Assembly (NCBI RefSeq): GCF_008831285.2
Contig: NC_045138.2
Span: forward strand, 14,446,001 to 14,510,000
Source: Nymphaea colorata
Taxonomy: Eukaryota
DNA length: 64,000 bases
Direction: 5' to 3'
Shown: positions 12,101 to 27,100 of the stretch, piece after piece
Numbering within the stretch: the first letter of the stretch is position 1
Layout: the number at the start of each line of letters is the position of its first letter
Notes under the pieces: model-generated
Told to the model about the DNA's origin: nothing
The model's input: the letters and a program-made list of their open reading frames with translations, nothing else
Database searches by the model: none
Made by a program: the position numbers and the translations under genes

Positions 12101-15100
12101 ATATGATCTTAGCTGCTTGTTCAAAATCTGATTCCAACAATCTAGACCGGATTAGATGAGATCTCTGATCCTGACCTGTGGTCGAAATCCCAAATGGAAC
12201 ATCCCAAACCGGATTAGATGAGACCTCAGATCCTGAACTTTGGTCGAAATCCCGCATGCAACATCCCAAATTGGATTAGATGAGACCTCTGATCCTGACC
12301 TTTCATCGAGATCCCAAATCCAACATCCCAAACTGGATTAGATCAGGCCTCTAATCCATGTCATAGACACAAGCTTGAAATCCAACATCCTAGACCAGAT
12401 ATGATCTTAGCTGCTTGTTCAAGATCTGATTCCAACATCCTAGACCGGACTAGATGAGACCTTTGTTCCTAACCTTTGGTCGAAATCCCAAAGCCAACAT
12501 CCCAAACCAGATTAGATGAGACCTCTGATCCTGAACTTTGGTCGAAATCCCGCATGCAACATCCCATACCGGATTAGATGATGCCTCTGATCCTAAGCTT
12601 TGTTCTAAATCCTGCATGCAACATCCCAAATTGGATTAGATGAGACCTCTGATCCTAACCTTTGTTCGAAATCCCAAATCCAACATCCCAAACCGGATTA
12701 GATCAGACCTCTAATCCATGTCATAGATACAAGCTTGAAATCCAACATCCTAGACCAGATAAGTCCTTAGCTGCTTGTTCAAAATCCGAATCCAACATCT
12801 TAGACCGGATGAGATGAGACCTCTGATGCTAAACTTTGGTCGAAAAATTCCGCATGCAACATCTCAAATTGGATTAGATGAGACATCTGATCCTGACTTT
12901 TGTTTGAAATCCCAAATCCAACATCCGGAACTGGATTAGATCAGACCTCTAATCCATTTCATAGATGCAAGCTTGAAATTCAACATCCTAGAACAGATAA
13001 GATCTTAGCTGCTTGTTCAAAATCCGAATCCAACATCCCTGACCGGATTAGATGAGACGTCTGATCCTGACCTGTGGTCGAAATCTCAAATGCAACTTCC
13101 CAAACCGGATTAGATGAGACCTCTGATCCTGAACTTTGGTCGAAATCCCGCATGCAACATCCCAAACCGGATTAGATGATGCCTCAGATCCTAAGCTTTC
13201 TTCTAAATCCTGCATGCAACATCCCAAACCGGATTAGATGAGACCTTTGATCCTGAACTTTGGTCGAAATCCCGCATGCAACATCCCAAACTGGATTAGA
13301 TGATGCCTCTGATCCTAAGCTTTCTTCTAAATCCTACATGCAACATCCCAAACCGGATTAGATGAGACCTCTGATCCTGAACTTTGGTCGAAATCCCACA
13401 TGCAACATACCAAACCGGATTAGATGAGACCTCTAATCATGAACTTTGGTCGAAATCCCGCATGCAACATCCCAAACTGGATTAGATGAGCCTCTGATCC
13501 TAACCTTTGCTCGAAATCCCAAATCCAACATCCCAAACTGGATTAGATCAGGCCTCTAATCCATGTCATATATACAAGCTTGAAATCCAACATCCGAGAC
13601 CAGTTATGATCTTAGCTGCTTGTTCATAATCCGAGTCCAACATCTTAGACCGGATTAGACGAGACCTCTAATCCTAACATTTGGTCGAAATCCCAACTCC
13701 AACATCCCAAGTCGGATTAGATGAGACTTCTGATCTTGAACTTTGGTAAAATTTCGAATGCAACATTTCAAACCGGATTAGTTGAGGCCTCTGATCCCGA
13801 CCTTTGGTTGAAATCCCAAATCCAACATCCGGAACTAGATTAGATCAGACCTCTAATCCATTTCATAGATACAAGCTTGAAATTCAACATCCTAGAACGG
13901 ATAAGATCTTAGCTGCTTGTTCAAAATCCGAATCCAACATCCCTGGCCGGATTAGATGAGATCTCTCATCCTAACCTTTGGTCGAAATCCCAAAGCCAAC
14001 TTCCCAAACCGGATTAGATGAGACCTCTGATCCTGAACTTTGGTCGAAATCCCGCATGCAACATCCCAAACTGAATTAGATGATGCCTTTGATCCTAAGC
14101 TTTCTTCTAAATCCTGCATGCAACATCCCAAACCGGATTAGATGAGACCTCTGATCCTGACCTTTCGTCGAGATCCCAAATCCAACAAACCAAACTGGAT
14201 TAGATCAGGCCTCTAATCCATGTCATAAATACAAAGTTGAAATTCAAACCAGATTAGATGAGACCGTTGATCCTGAACTTTGGTCGAAATCCCGCATGCA
14301 ACATTCCAAACCGGATTAGATGAGACCTCTGATCCTGACCTTTCGTCGAGATCCCAAATCCAACATCCCAAACTGGATTAGATCAGGCCTCTAATCGATG
14401 TCATAGATACAAGCTTGAAATCCAACATCCTAGTCCAGATATGATTTTAGCTGCTTGTGATTCCAACAATCTAGACTGTATTAGATGAGATCTCTGATCC
14501 TAACCTTTGGTTGAAATCCCAAAGCCAACATCCCAAACCGGATTAGATGAGACCTCTGATCCTGAACTTTGGTCGAAATCCCGCATGCAACATCCCAAAC
14601 CGGATTAGATGAGACCTCTGATCCTGACCTTTCGTCGAGATCCCAAATCCAACATCCCAAACTGGATTAGATCAGGCCTCTAATCCATGTCATAGATACA
14701 AGCTTGAAATCCAACATCCTAGACCAAATATGATCTTAGCTGCTTGTTCAAAATCTGATTCCAACAATCTAGACCGGACTAGATGAGATCTTTGATCCTA
14801 ACCTTTGGTCGAAATCCCAAAGCCAACATCCCAAACCGGATTAGATGAGACCTCTGATCCTGAACTTTGGTTGAAATCCCAAATGCAACATCCCAAACCG
14901 GATTAGATGAGACCGTTGATCCTGAACTTTGGTCGAAATCCCGCATGCAACATCCCAAACCGGATTAGATGGGACCTCTGATCCTGACCTTTCGTCGAGA
15001 TCCGAAATCCAACATCCCAAACTGGATTAGATCAGGCCTCTAATCCATGTCATAGATACAAGCTTGAAATCCAACATCCTAGACCAGATATGATCTTAGC

Positions 15101-18100
15101 TGCTTGTTCAAAATCTGATTCCAACAATCTAGACCGGATTAGATGAGATCTTTGATCCTAACCTTTGGTCGAAATCCCAAAGGCAACATCCCAAACCGGA
15201 TTAGGTGAGACCTCTGATCCTGAACTTTGGTCGACATCCCGCATGCAACATCCCAAACCGGATTAGATGAGACCTCTGATCCTGACCTTTCGTCGAGATC
15301 CCAAATCCAACATCCCAAACTGGATTAGATCAGGGCCCTAATCCATGTCATAGATACAAGCTTGAAATCCAACATCCTAGACCAGATATGATCTTAGCTG
15401 CTTGTTCAAAATCTGATTCCAACAATCTAGACCGGATTAGATGAGATCTCTGATCCTGACCTGTGGTCGAAATCCCAAATGGAACATCCCAAACCGGATT
15501 AAATGAGACCTCAGATCCTGAACTTTGGTCGGAATCCCGCATGCAACATCCCAAATTGGATTAGATGAGACCTCTATTCCTGAACTTTGGTCGAAATCCC
15601 GCATGCAACATCCCAAACCGGATTAGATGAGACCTCTGATCCTAAACTTTGGTCGAAATCCCGCATGCAACATCCCAAACCGGATTAGATGAGACCTCTG
15701 ATCCTGAACTTTGGTCGAAATCCCGCATGCAACATCCCAAACCGGATTAGATGAGATCTCTGATCCTAACCTTTGCTCGAAATCCCAAATCCAACATCCC
15801 AAACTGGATTAGATCAGGCCTCTAATCCATGTCATAGATACAAGCTTGAAATCCAACATCCTAGACCAGATATGATCTTAGTTGCTTGTTCAAAATCTGA
15901 TTCCAACAATCTAGACCGGATTAGATGAGATCTCTGATCCTAACCTTTTGGGGAAATCCCAAAGGCAACATCCCAAACCGGATTAGATGAGACCTCTGAT
16001 CCTGAACTTTGGTCAAAATCCCGCATGCAACATCCCAAACCGGATTAGATGAGACCTCTGATCGTGACCTTTCGTCGATATCCCAAATCCAACAACCCAA
16101 ACTGGATTAGATCAGGCCTCTAATCCATGTCATAGATGCAAGCTTGAAATCCAACATCCTAGACCAGATATGATCTTAGCTGCTTGTTCAAAATCTGATT
16201 CCAACAATCTAGACCGGATTAGATGAGATCTCTGATCCTAACCTTTGGACGAAATCCCAAAGCCAACATCCCAAACCGGATTAGATGAGACCTCTGATCC
16301 TAACCTTTGGTCGAAATCCCAAAGCCAACATGCCAAACCGGATTAGATGAGACCTCTGATCCTAAACTTTGGTCGAAATCCCGCATGCAACATCCCAAAC
16401 CGGATTAGATGAGACCTCTGATCCTGAACTTTGGTTGAAATTCCAAATGCAACATCTCAAACTGGATTAGATGAGACCTCTGATCCTGACTTTTGGTAGA
16501 AATCCTAAATCCAACATCCGGAATTGGATTAGATCATACCTCTAATCCATTTCATAGATGCAAGCTTGAAATTCAACGTCCTAAAACAGATAAGATCTTA
16601 GCTGCTTGTTCAAAATCCGAATCCAACATCCCTGGCCGGATTAGATGAGACCTCTCATCTTGACCTGTAGTCGAAATCTCAAATGCAACATCCCAAACCG
16701 GATTAGATGAGACCTCTGATCCTGAACTTTGGTCGAAATCCCGCATGCAACATCCCAAACTGAATTAGATGATGCCTTTGATCCTAAGCTTTCTTCTAAA
16801 TCCTGCATGCAACATCCCAAACCGGATTAGATGAGACCTCTGATCCTGACCTTTCGTCGATATCCCAAATCCAACAACCCAAACTGGATTAGATCAGGCC
16901 TCTAATCCATGTCATAAATACAAGCTTGAAATCCAAACCGGATTAGATGAGACCGTTGATCCTGAACTTTGGTCGAAATCCCGCATGCAACATTCCAAAC
17001 CGGATTAGATGAGACCTCTGATCCTGACCTTTCGTCGAGATCCCAAATCCAACATCCCAAACTGGATTAGATCAGGCCTCTAATCGATGTCATAGATACA
17101 AGCTTGAAATCCAACATCCTAGACCAGATATGATTTTAGCTGCTTGTGATTCCAACAATCTAGACTGGATTAGATGAGATCTCTGATCCTAACCTTTGGT
17201 TGAAATCCCAAAGCCAACATCCCAAACCGGATTAGATGAGACCTCTGATCCTGAACTTTGGTCGAAATCCCGCATGCAACATCCCAAACAGGATTAGATG
17301 AGACCTCTGATCCTGACCTTTCGTCGAGATCCCAAATCCAACATCCCAAACTGGATTAGATCAGGCCTCTAATCCATGTCACAGGTACAAGCTTGAAATC
17401 CAACATCCTAGACCAGATATGATCTTAGCTGCTTGTTCCAAATCTGATTCCAACATTCTAGACCGGACTAGATGAGATCTCTGATCCTAACCTTTGGTCG
17501 AAATCCCAAAGCCAACATCCCAAACCGGATTAGATGAGACCTCTGATCCTGAACTTTGGTTGAAATCCCAAATGCAACATCCCAAACCGGATTAGATGAG
17601 ACCGTTGATCCTGAACTTTGGTCGAAATCCCGCATGCTACATCCCAAACTGGATTAGATGGGACCTCTGATCCTGACCTTTCGTCGAGATCCGAAATCCA
17701 ACATCCCAAACTGGATTAGATCAGGCCTCTAATCCATGTCATAGATACAAGCTTGAAATCCAACATCCTAGACCAGATATGATCTTAGCTGCTTGTTCAA
17801 AATCTGATTCCAACAATCTAGACCGGATTAGATGAGATCTTTGATCCTAACCTTTGGTCGAAATCCCAAAGGCAACATCCCAAACCGGATTAGGTGAGAC
17901 GTCTGATCCTGAACTTTGGTTGAAATCCCAAATGCAACATCTCAAACTGGATTAGATGAGACCTCTGATCCTGACTTTTGGTAGAAATCCTAAATCCAAC
18001 ATCCGGAATTGGATTAGATCATACCTCTAATCCATTTCATAGATGCAAGCTTGAAATTCAACGTCCTAGAACAGATAAGATCTTAGCTGCTTGTTCAAAA

Positions 18101-21100
18101 TCCGAATCCAACATCCCTGGCCGGATTAGATGAGACCTCTCATCCTGACCTGTAGTCGAAATCTCAAATGCAACATCCCAAACCGGATTAGATGAGACCT
18201 CTGATCCTGAACTTTGGTCGAAATCCCGCATGCAACATCCCAAACTGAATTAGATGATGCCTTTGATCCTAAGCTTTCTTCTAAATCCTGCATGCAACAT
18301 CCCAAACCGGATTAGATGAGACCTCTGATCCTGACCTTTCGTCGAGATCCCAAATCCAACAACCCAAACTGGATTAGATCAGGCCTCTAATCCATGTCAT
18401 AAATACAAGCTTGAAATCCAAACCGGATTAGATGAGACCGTTGATCCTGAACTTTGGTCGAAATCCCGCATGCAACATTCCAAACCGGATTAGATGAGAC
18501 CTCTGATCCTGACCTTTCGTCGAGATCCCAAATCCAACATCCCAAACTGGATTAGATCAGGCCTCTAATCGATGTCATATATACAAGCTTGAAATCCAAC
18601 ATCCTAGTCCAGATATGATTTTAGCTGCTTGTGATTCCAACAATCTAGACTGTATTAGATGAGATCTCTGATCCTAACCTTTGGTTGAAATCCCAAAGCC
18701 AACATCCCAAACCGGATTAGATGAGACCTCTGATCCTGAACTTTGGTCGAAATCCCGCATGCAACATCCCAAACCGGATTAGATGAGACCTCTGATCCTG
18801 ACCTTTCGTCGAGATCCCAAATCCAACATCCCAAACTGGATTAGATCAGGCCTCTAATCCATGTCATAGATACAAGCTTGAAATCCAACATCCTAGACCA
18901 GATATGATCTTAGCTGCTTGTTCAAAATCTGATTCCAACAATCTAGACCGGACTAGATGAGATCTTTGATCCTAACCTTTGGTCGAAATCCCAAAGCCAA
19001 CATCCCAAACCGGATTAGATGAGACCTCTGATCCTGAACTTTGGTTGAAATCCCAAATGCAACATCCCAAACCGGATTAGATGAGACCGTTGATCCTGAA
19101 CTTTGGTCGAAATCCCGCATGCAACATCCCAAACCGGATTAGATGGGACCTCTGATCCTGACCTTTCGTCGAGATCCGAAATCCAACATCCCAAACTGGA
19201 TTAGATCAGGCCTCTAATCCATGTCATAGATACAAGCTTGAAATCCAACATCCTAGACCAGATATGATCTTAGCTGCTTGTTCAAAATCTGATTCCAACA
19301 ATCTAGACCGGATTAGATGAGATCTTTGATCCTAACCTTTGGTCGAAATCCCAAAGGCAACATCCCAAACCGGATTAGGTGAGACCTCTGATCCTGAACT
19401 TTGGTCGACATCCCGCATGCAACATCCCAAACCGGATTAAATGAGACCTCTGATCCTAACCTTTCGTCGAGATCCCAAATCCAACATCCCAAACTGGATT
19501 AGATCAGGGCCCTAATCCATGTCATAGATACAAGCTTGAAATCCAACATCCTAGACCAGATATGATCTTAGCTGCTTGTTCAAAATCTGATTCCAACAAT
19601 CGAGACCGGATTAGATGAGATCTCTGATCCTGACCTGTGGTCGAAATCCCAAATGGAACATCCCAAACCGGATTAAATGAGACCTCAGATCCTGAACTTT
19701 GGTCGGAATCCCGCATGCAACATCCCAAATTGGATTAGATGAGACCTCTGATGCTGAACTTTGGTCGAAATCCCGCATGCAACATCCCAAACCGGATTAG
19801 ATGAGACCTCTGATCCTAAACTTTGGTCGAAATCCCCGCATGCAACATCCCAAACCGGATTAGATGAGACCTCTGATCCTGAACTTTGGTCGAAATCCCG
19901 CATGCAACATCCCAAACCGGATTAGATGAGATCTCTGATCCTAACCTTTGCTCGAAATCCCAAATCCAACATCCCAAACTGGATTAGATCAGGCCTCTAA
20001 TCCATGTCATAGATACAAGCTTGAAATCCAACATCCTAGACCAGATATGATCTTAGTTGCTTGTTCAAAATCTGATTCCAACAATCTAGACCGGATTAGA
20101 TGAGATCTCTGATCCTAACCTTTTGGGGAAATCCCAAAGGCAACATCCCAAACCGGATTAGATGAGACCTCTGATCCTGAACTTTGGTCAAAATCCCGCA
20201 TGCAACATCCCAAACCGGATTAGATGAGACCTCTGATCCTAAACTTTGGTCGAAATCCCGCATGCAACATCCCAAACCGGATTAGATGAGACCTCTGATC
20301 CTGAACTTTGGTCGAAATCCCGCATGCAACATCCCAAACCGGATTAGATGAGATCTCTGATCCTAACCTTTGCTCGAAATCCCAAATCCAACATCCCAAA
20401 CTGGATTAGATCAGGCCTCTAATCCATGTCATAGATACAAGCTTGAAATCCAACATCCTAGACCAGATATGATCTTAGTTGCTTGTTCAAAATCTGATTC
20501 CAACAATCTAGACCGGATTAGATGAGATCTCTGATCCTAACATTTTGGGGAAATCCCAAAGGCAACATCCCAAACCGGATTAGATGAGACCTCTGATCCT
20601 GAACTTTGGTCAAAATCCCGCAAGCAACATCCCAAACCGGATTAGATGAGACCTCTGATCCTGACCTTCCGTCGAGATCCCAAATCCAACAACCCAAACT
20701 GGATTAGATCAGGCCTCTAATCCATATCATAGATGCAAGCTTGAAATCCAACATCCTAGACCAGATATGATCTTAGCTGCTTGTTCAAAATCTGATTCCA
20801 ACAATCTAGACCGGATTAGATGAGATATCTGATCCTAACCTTTGGTCGAAATCCCAAAGCCAACATCCCAAACCGGATTAGATGAGACCTCTGATCCTAA
20901 CCTTTGGTCGAAATCCCAAAGCCAACATGCCAAACCGGATTAGATGAGACCTCTGATCCTAAACTTTGGTCGAAATCCCGCATGCAACATCCCAAACCGG
21001 ATTGGATGAGACCTCTCATCCTGAACTTTGGTTGAAATTCCAAATGCAACATCTCAAACTGGATTAGATGAGACCTCTGATCCTGACTTTTGGTAGAAAT

Positions 21101-24100
21101 CCTAAATCCAACATCCGGAATTGGATTAGATCATACCTCTAATCCATTTCATAGATGCAAGCTTGAAATTCAACGTCCTAGAACAGATAAGATCTTAGCT
21201 GCTTGTTCAAAATCCGAATCCAACATCCCTGGCCGGATTAGATGAGACCTCTCATCCTGACCTGTAGTCGAAATCTCAAATGCAACATCCCAAACCGGAT
21301 TAGATGAGACCTCTGATCCTGAACTTTGGTCGATATCCCGCATGCAACATCCCAAACTGAATTAGATGATGCCTTTGATCCTAAGCTTTCTTCTAAATCC
21401 TGCATGCAACATCCCAAACCGGATTAGATGAGACCTCTGATCCTGACCTTTCGTCGAGATCCCAAATCCAACAACCCAAACTGGATTAGATCAGGCCTCT
21501 AATCCATGTCATAAATACAAGCTTGAAATCCAAACCGGATTAGATGAGACCGTTGATCCTGAACTTTGGTCGAAATCCCGCATGCAACATTCCAAACCGG
21601 ATTATAGATGAGACCTCTGATCCTGACGTTTCGTCGAGATCCCAAATCCAACATCCCAAACTGGATTAATCGATGTCATAGATACAAGCTTGAAATCCAA
21701 CATCCTAGACCAGATATGATTTTAGCTGCTTGTGATTCCAACAATCTAGACTGGATTAGATGAGATCTCTGATCCTAACCTTTGGTTGAAATCCCAAAGC
21801 CAACATCCCAAACCGGATTAGATGAGACCTCTGATCCTGAACTTTGGTCGAAATCCCGCATGCAACATCCCAAACAGGATTAGATGAGACCTCTGATCCT
21901 GACCTTTCGTCGAGATCCCAAATCCAACATCCCAAACTGGATTAGATCAGGCCTCTAATCCATGTCACAGATACAAGCTTGAAATCCAACATCCTAGACC
22001 AGATATGATCTTAGCTGCTTGTTCAAAATCTGATTCCAACATTCTAGACCGGACTAGATGAGATCTCTGATCCTAACCTTTGGTCGAAATCCCAAAGCCA
22101 ACATCCCAAACCGGATTAGATGAGACCTCTGATCCTGAACTTTGGTTGAAATCCCAAATGCAACATCCCAAACCGGATTAGATGAGACCGTTGATCCTGA
22201 ACTTTGGTCGAAATCCCGCATGCAACATCCCAAACCGGATTAGATGGGACCTCTGATCCTGACCTTTCGTCGAGATCCGAAATCCAACATCCCAAACTGG
22301 ATTAGATCAGGCCTCTAATCCATGTCATAGATACAAGCTTGAAATCCAACATCCTAGACCAGATATGATCTTAGCTGCTTGTTCAAAATCTGATTCCAAC
22401 AATCTAGACCGGATTAGATGAGATCTTTGATCCTAACCTTTGGTCGAAATCCCAAAGGCAACATCCCAAACCGGATTAGGTGAGACCTCTGATCCTGAAC
22501 TTTGGTTGAAATCCCAAATGCAACATCTCAAACTGGACCTGACTTTTGGTAGAAATCCCAAATCCAACATCCGGAATTGGATTAGATCATACCTCTAATC
22601 CATTTCATAGATGCAAGCTTGAAATTCAACGTCCTAGAACAGATAAGATCTTAGCTGCTTGTTCAAAATCCGAATCCAACATCCCTGGCCGGATTAGATG
22701 AGACCTCTCATCCTGACCTGTAGTCGAAATCTCAAATGCAACATCCCAAACCGGATTAGATGAGACCTCTGATCCTGAACTTTGGTCGAAATCCCGCATG
22801 CAACATCCCAAACTGAATTAGATGATGCCTTTGATCCTAAGCTTTCTTCTAAATCCTTTATGCAACATCCCAAACCGGATTAGATGAGACCTCTGATCCT
22901 GACCTTTCGTCGAGATCCCAAATCCAACAACCCAAACTGGATTAGATCAGGCCTCTAATCCATGTCATAAATACAAGCTTGAAATCCAAACCGGATTAGA
23001 TGAGACCGTTGATCCTGAACTTTGGTCGAAATCCCGCATGCAACATTCCAAACCGGATTAGATGAGACCTCTGATCCTGACCTTTCGTCGAGATCCCAAA
23101 TCCAACATCCCAAACTGGATTAGATCAGGCCTCTAATCGATGTCATATATACAAGCTTGAAATCCAACATCCTAGTCCAGATATGATTTTAGCTGCTTGT
23201 GATTCCAACAATCTAGACTGTATTAGATGAGATCTCTGATCCTAACCTTTGGTTGAAATCCCAAAGCCAACATCCCAAACCGGATTAGATGAGACCTCTG
23301 ATCCTGAACTTTGGTCGAAATCCCGCATGCAACATCCCAAACCGGATTAGATGAGACCTCTGATCCTGACCTTTCGTCGAGATCCCAAATCCAACATCCC
23401 AAACTGGATTAGATCAGGCCTCTAATCCATGTCATAGATACAAGCTTGAAATCCAACATCCTAGACCAGATATGATCTTAGCTGCTTGTTCAAAATCTGA
23501 TTCCAACAATCTAGACCGGACTAGATGAGATCTTTGATCCTAACCTTTGGTCGAAATCCCAAAGCCAACATCCCAAACCGGATTAGATGAGACCTCTGAT
23601 CCTGAACTTTGGTTGAAATCCCAAATGCAACATCCCAAACCGGATTAGATGAGACCGTTGATCCTGAACTTTGGTCGAAATCCCGCATGCAACATCCCAA
23701 ACCGGATTAGATGGGACCTCTGATCCTGACCTTTCGTCGAGATCCGAAATCCAACATCCCAAACTGGATTAGATCAGGCCTCTAATCCATGTCATAGATA
23801 CAAGCTTGAAATCCAACATCCTAGACCAGATATGATCTTAGCTGCTTGTTCAAAATCTGATTCCAACAATCTAGACCGGATTAGATGAGATCTTTGATCC
23901 TAACCTTTGGTCGAAATCCCAAAGGCAACATCCCAAACCGGATTAGGTGAGACCTCTGATCCTGAACTTTGGTCGACATCCCGCATGCAACATCCCAAAC
24001 CGGATTAGATGAGACCTCTGATCCTGACCTTTCGTCGAGATCCCAAATCCAACATCCCAAACTGGATTAGATCAGGGCCCTAATCCATGTCATAGATACA

Positions 24101-27100
24101 AGCTTGAAATCCGACATCCTAGACCAGATATGATCTTAGCTGCTTGTTCAAAATCTGATTCCAACAATCTAGACCGGATTAGATGAGATCTCTGATCCTG
24201 ACCTGTGGTCGAAATCCCAAATGGAACATCCCAAACCGGATTAAATGAGACCTCAGATCCTGAACTTTGGTCGGAATCCCGCATGCAACATCCCAAATTG
24301 GATTAGATGAGACCTCTGATCCTGAACTTTGGTCGAAATCCCGCATGCAACATCCCAAACCGGATTAGATGAGACCTCTGATCCTAAACTTTGGTCGAAA
24401 TCCCCGCATGCAACATCCCAAACCGGATTAGATGAGACCTCTGATCCTGAACTTTGGTCGAAATCCCGCATGCAACATCCCAAACCGGATTAGATGAGAT
24501 CTCTGATCCTAACCTTTGCTCGAAATCCCAAATCCAACATCCCAAACTGGATTAGATCAGGCCTCTAATCCATGTCATAGATACAAGCTTGAAATCCAAC
24601 ATCCTAGACCAGATATGATCTTAGTTGCTTGTTCAAAATCTGATTCCAACAATCTAGACCGGATTAGATGAGATCTCTGATCCTAACCTTTTGGGGAAAT
24701 CCCAAAGGCAACATCCCAAACCGGATTAGATGATACCTCTGATCCTGAACTTTGGTCAAAATCCCGCATGCAACATCCCAAACCGGATTAGATGAGACCT
24801 CTGATCCTGACCTTTCGTCGAGATCCCAAATCCAACAACCCAAACTGGATTAGATCAGGCCTCTAATCCATATCATAGATGCAAGCTTGAAATCCAACAT
24901 CCTAGACCAGATATGATCTTAGCTGCTTGTTCAAAATCTGATTCCAACAATCTAGACCGGATTAGATGAGATCTCTGATCCTAACCTTTGGTCGAAATCC
25001 CAAAGCCAACATCCCAAACCGGATTAGATGAGACCTCTGATCCTAACCTTTGGTCGAAATCCCAAAGCCAACATGCCAAACCGGATTAGATGAGACCTCT
25101 GATCCTAAACTTTGGTCGAAATCCCGCATGCAACATCCCAAACCGGATTAGATGAGACCTCTGATCCTGAACTTTGGTTGAAATTCCAAATGCAACATCT
25201 CAAACTGGATTAGATGAGACCTCTGATCCTGACTTTTGGTAGAAATCCTAAATCCAACATCCGGAATTGGATTAGATCATACCTCTAATCCATTTCATAG
25301 ATGCAAGCTTGAAATTCAACGTCCTAAAACAGATAAGATCTTAGCTGCTTGTTCAAAATCCGAATCCAACATCCCTGGCCGGATTAGATGAGACCTCTCA
25401 TCTTGACCTGTAGTCGAAATCTCAAATGCAACATCCCAAACCGGATTAGATGAGACCTCTGATCCTGAACTTTGGTCGAAATCCCGCATGCAACATCCCA
25501 AACTGAATTAGATGATGCCTTTGATCCTAAGCTTTCTTCTAAATCCTGCATGCAACATCCCAAACCGGATTAGATGAGACCTCTGATCCTGACCTTTCGT
25601 CGATATCCCAAATCCAACAACCCAAACTGGATTAGATCAGGCCTCTAATCCTTATCATAAATACAAGCTTGAAATCCAAACCGGATTAGATGAGACCGTT
25701 GATCCTGAACTTTGGTCGAAATCCCGCATGCAACATTCCAAACCGGATTAGATGAGACCTCTGATCCTGACCTTTCGTCGAGATCCCAAATCCAACATCC
25801 CAAACTGGATTAGATCAGGCCTCTAATCGATGTCATAGATACAAGCTTGAAATCCAACATCCTAGACCAGATATGATTTTAGCTGCTTGTGATTCCAACA
25901 ATCTAGACTGGATTAGATGAGATCTCTGATCCTAACCTTTGGTTGAAATCCCAAAGCCAACATCCCAAACCGGATTAGATGAGACCTCTGATCCTGAACT
26001 TTGGTCGAAATCCCGCATGCAACATCCCAAACAGGATTAGATGAGACCTCTGATCCTGACCTTTCGTCGAGATCCCAAATCCAACATCCCAAACTGGATT
26101 AGATCAGGCCTCTAATCCATGTCATAGATACAAGCTTGAAATCCAACATCCTAGACCAGATTTGATCTTAGCTGCTTGTTCAAAATCTGATTCCAACAAT
26201 CTAGACCGGACTAGATGAGATCTCTGATCCTAACCTTTGGTCGAAATCCCAAAGCCAACATCCCAAACCGGATTAGATGAGACCTCTGATCCTGAACTTT
26301 GGTTGAAATCCCAAATGCAACATCCCAAACCGGATTAGATGAGACCGTTGATCCTGAACTTTGGTCGAAATCCCGCATGCAACATCCCAAACCGGATTAG
26401 ATGGGACCTCTGATCCTGACCTTTCGTCGAGATCCGAAATCCAACATCCCAAACTGGATTAGATCAGGCCTCTAATCCATGTCATAGATACAAGCTTGAA
26501 ATCCAACATCCTAGACCAGATATGATCTTAGCTGCTTGTTCAAAATCTGATTCCAACAATCTAGACCGGATTAGATGAGATCTTTGATCCTAACCTTTGG
26601 TCGAAATCCCAAAGGCAACATCCCAAACCGGATTAGATGAGACCTCTGATCCTGAACTTTGGTCGACATCCCGCATGCAACATCCCAAACCGGATTAGAT
26701 GAGACTTCTGATCCTGACCTTTCGTCGAGATCCCAAATCCAACATCCCAAACTGGATTAGATCAGGGCTCTAATCCATGTCATATATACAAGCTTGAAAT
26801 CCAACATCCTAGACCAGATATGATCTTAGCTGCTTGTTCCAAATCTGATTCCAACAATCTAGACCGGATTAGATGAGATCTCTGATCCTAACCTTTGGTC
26901 GAAATCCCAAAGCCAACATCCCAAACCGGATTAGATGAGACCTCGGATCCTGAACTTTGGTTGAAATCCCATATGCAACATCCCAAACCGGATTAGATGA
27001 GACCGTTGATCCTGAACTTTGGTCGAAATCCCGCATGCAACATCCCAAACCGGATTAGATGGGACCTCTGATCCTGACCTTTCGTCGAGATCCGAAATCC

